Source of the DNA: Eubacteriales bacterium
GTDB taxonomy: Bacteria; Bacillota; Clostridia; Oscillospirales; CAG-272
Assembly (NCBI GenBank): GCA_045580085.1
Contig: JAZNND010000018.1
Location: forward strand, 1,783-65,782
DNA length: 64,000 nt
Direction of reading: 5' to 3'
Within the stretch, counting starts at the first letter, position 1. The number at the start of each line of letters is the position of its first letter. Shown here one piece after another: positions 63,106 to 64,000 of this stretch. The position numbers and the translations under genes are program-made. The notes beneath the pieces were generated by a model that was not told where the DNA came from, did no database searches, and saw nothing but the letters and a program-made list of their open reading frames with translations.

Positions 63106-64000
63106 ATGGACAGTACCAGTACGGTGCAGCTGATCGTTATTATCATCTGCATTATTTTGTCGGCGTATTTCTCCGCGACCGAGACCGCGTTTACCACGCT
63201 TAACCGCATTCGTGTGAAGAATCTTGCCGAAAAAGGAAACAAAAAGGCGGCACTTACCCTCCGCTTGGCAGATCAATACGATAAGCTGCTTACTACGATT
63301 CTGATCGGTAACAACATCGTTAACATTTTGAGCGCGTCTTTGAGCACGTTGCTTTTCATCCGCATGTTAAGCGGCACGGCGTTTGCAAGCGCGGCAAGCG
63401 GTGTCTCAACCGCCATCCTCACGGTGGTCGTGCTTATTTTCGGTGAGATCACTCCCAAAACGGTGGCGAAAAAGCTGCCCGAGCGTTTTGCAATGTTCTC
63501 CGCGCCCATCATTCACTTGTTCTGCGTAATCTTCACCCCTTTCAGCTTCTTGTTCAAGAAATGGCAGGATTTGATTTCGCGCCTCTTCCGCAAAAAGGAG
63601 GACGACGCGGGCATGACCGAAGAGGAGCTGGTTTCCATCATTGAAGAGGCAGAGGAATCGGGCGATATCGATAAAGAGGAGAGCACGCTCATTAAGAGTG
63701 CCATCGAATTTAACGATCTTGAGGTCGGCGATATCTATACCCCCCGCGTGGATGTTACGGCGATCGCGTCGGACGCCACCAAGGAAGAGGTTGCCGCCAT
63801 GTTCTCGGAATCGGGCTATTCCCGCTTGCCCGTGTTTGAGGACGATTTGGATAACGTCATCGGTATTCTCTATTATAAGGATTTTTATCATTCCGTTTAC
63901 ACCACCGAGCTTGAGGTGCAGAGCATCATCAAACCCGTCATCTACGTAGCAAAGAGCCAGAAGATCAGCGATCTTCTCAAAGAGCTTCAAAAAAAGCAGC
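63106..64000 (+). CDS. CNNM/DUF21-CBS (CorB/TlyC hemolysin-family) membrane protein, 3' end outside window
   Basis: My translation from ATG 63106: MDSTSTVQLIVIIICIILSAYFSATETAFTTLNRIRVKNLAEKGNKKA...ILIGNNIVNI (DUF21). It continues with CBS-like ...IEFNDLEVGDIYTPRVDV...GYSRLPVFEDDLDNVIGILYYKD. The frame is open to the window end. Confidence 0.85.
   Translation, partial: MDSTSTVQLIVIIICIILSAYFSATETAFTTLNRIRVKNLAEKGNKKAALTLRLADQYDKLLTTILIGNNIVNILSASLSTLLFIRMLSGTAFASAASGVSTAILTVVVLIFGEITPKTVAKKLPERFAMFSAPIIHLFCVIFTPFSFLFKKWQDLISRLFRKKEDDAGMTEEELVSIIEEAEESGDIDKEESTLIKSAIEFNDLEVGDIYTPRVDVTAIASDATKEEVAAMFSESGYSRLPVFEDDLDNVIGILYYKDFYHSVYTTELEVQSIIKPVIYVAKSQKISDLLKELQKKQ

Overview
This 64-kb chromosomal window comes from a Gram-positive, Clostridia-like genome and spans the replication origin. 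All calls come from reading the sequence and the ORF translations; no searches were run.

Layout:
- 1-17.3 kb: one co-directional Wzx/Wzy-type surface-polysaccharide locus. It encodes an aminotransferase, a priming sugar transferase, three ATP-grasp ligases plus a GNAT, four glycosyltransferase or acetyltransferase genes, Wzy, Wzx, a bifunctional fucokinase/GDP-fucose pyrophosphorylase and a nucleotidyltransferase.
- 17.3-18.4 kb: a 1.08-kb AT-rich non-coding region with DnaA-box-like 9-mers and five parS sites, followed by parA-parB.
- 20.3-25.9 kb: membrane proteins and two minus-strand sugar-metabolism genes.
- 26.1-35.0 kb: dnaA, oriC (DnaA boxes plus a CTA-trinucleotide array), dnaN, recF, DUF370, gyrB, gyrA.
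- 35-39.8 kb: lipoprotein, XRE regulator, RNase J, LRR lipoprotein.
- 39.9-60.0 kb: a 17-gene accessory island in two divergent operons.
  - Minus strand: XRE-HTH, Rel/SpoT-like HD+TGS protein, degenerate Doc-like protein, ClpP paralogue, a 534-aa unknown, a TM-less VirD4/TraG-type ATPase and a small wHTH-like protein.
  - Plus strand: JAB, E2, ubiquitin-like protein, E1, Zn-ribbon/Pro-Arg protein, transglutaminase-like peptidase, Upf1-like SF1 helicase, Ser/Thr kinase, vWA-ferredoxin fusion and PP2C phosphatase.
  - The two operons share an identical 22-nt palindrome. This island is the best candidate for an undescribed system.
- 60-64 kb: lipoprotein, NUDIX, DUF523, luxS, LRR lipoprotein, and a leader-peptide/terminator element upstream of a CNNM/CorC-type gene.

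I saw no rRNA, tRNA, CRISPR array, IS element or integrase.
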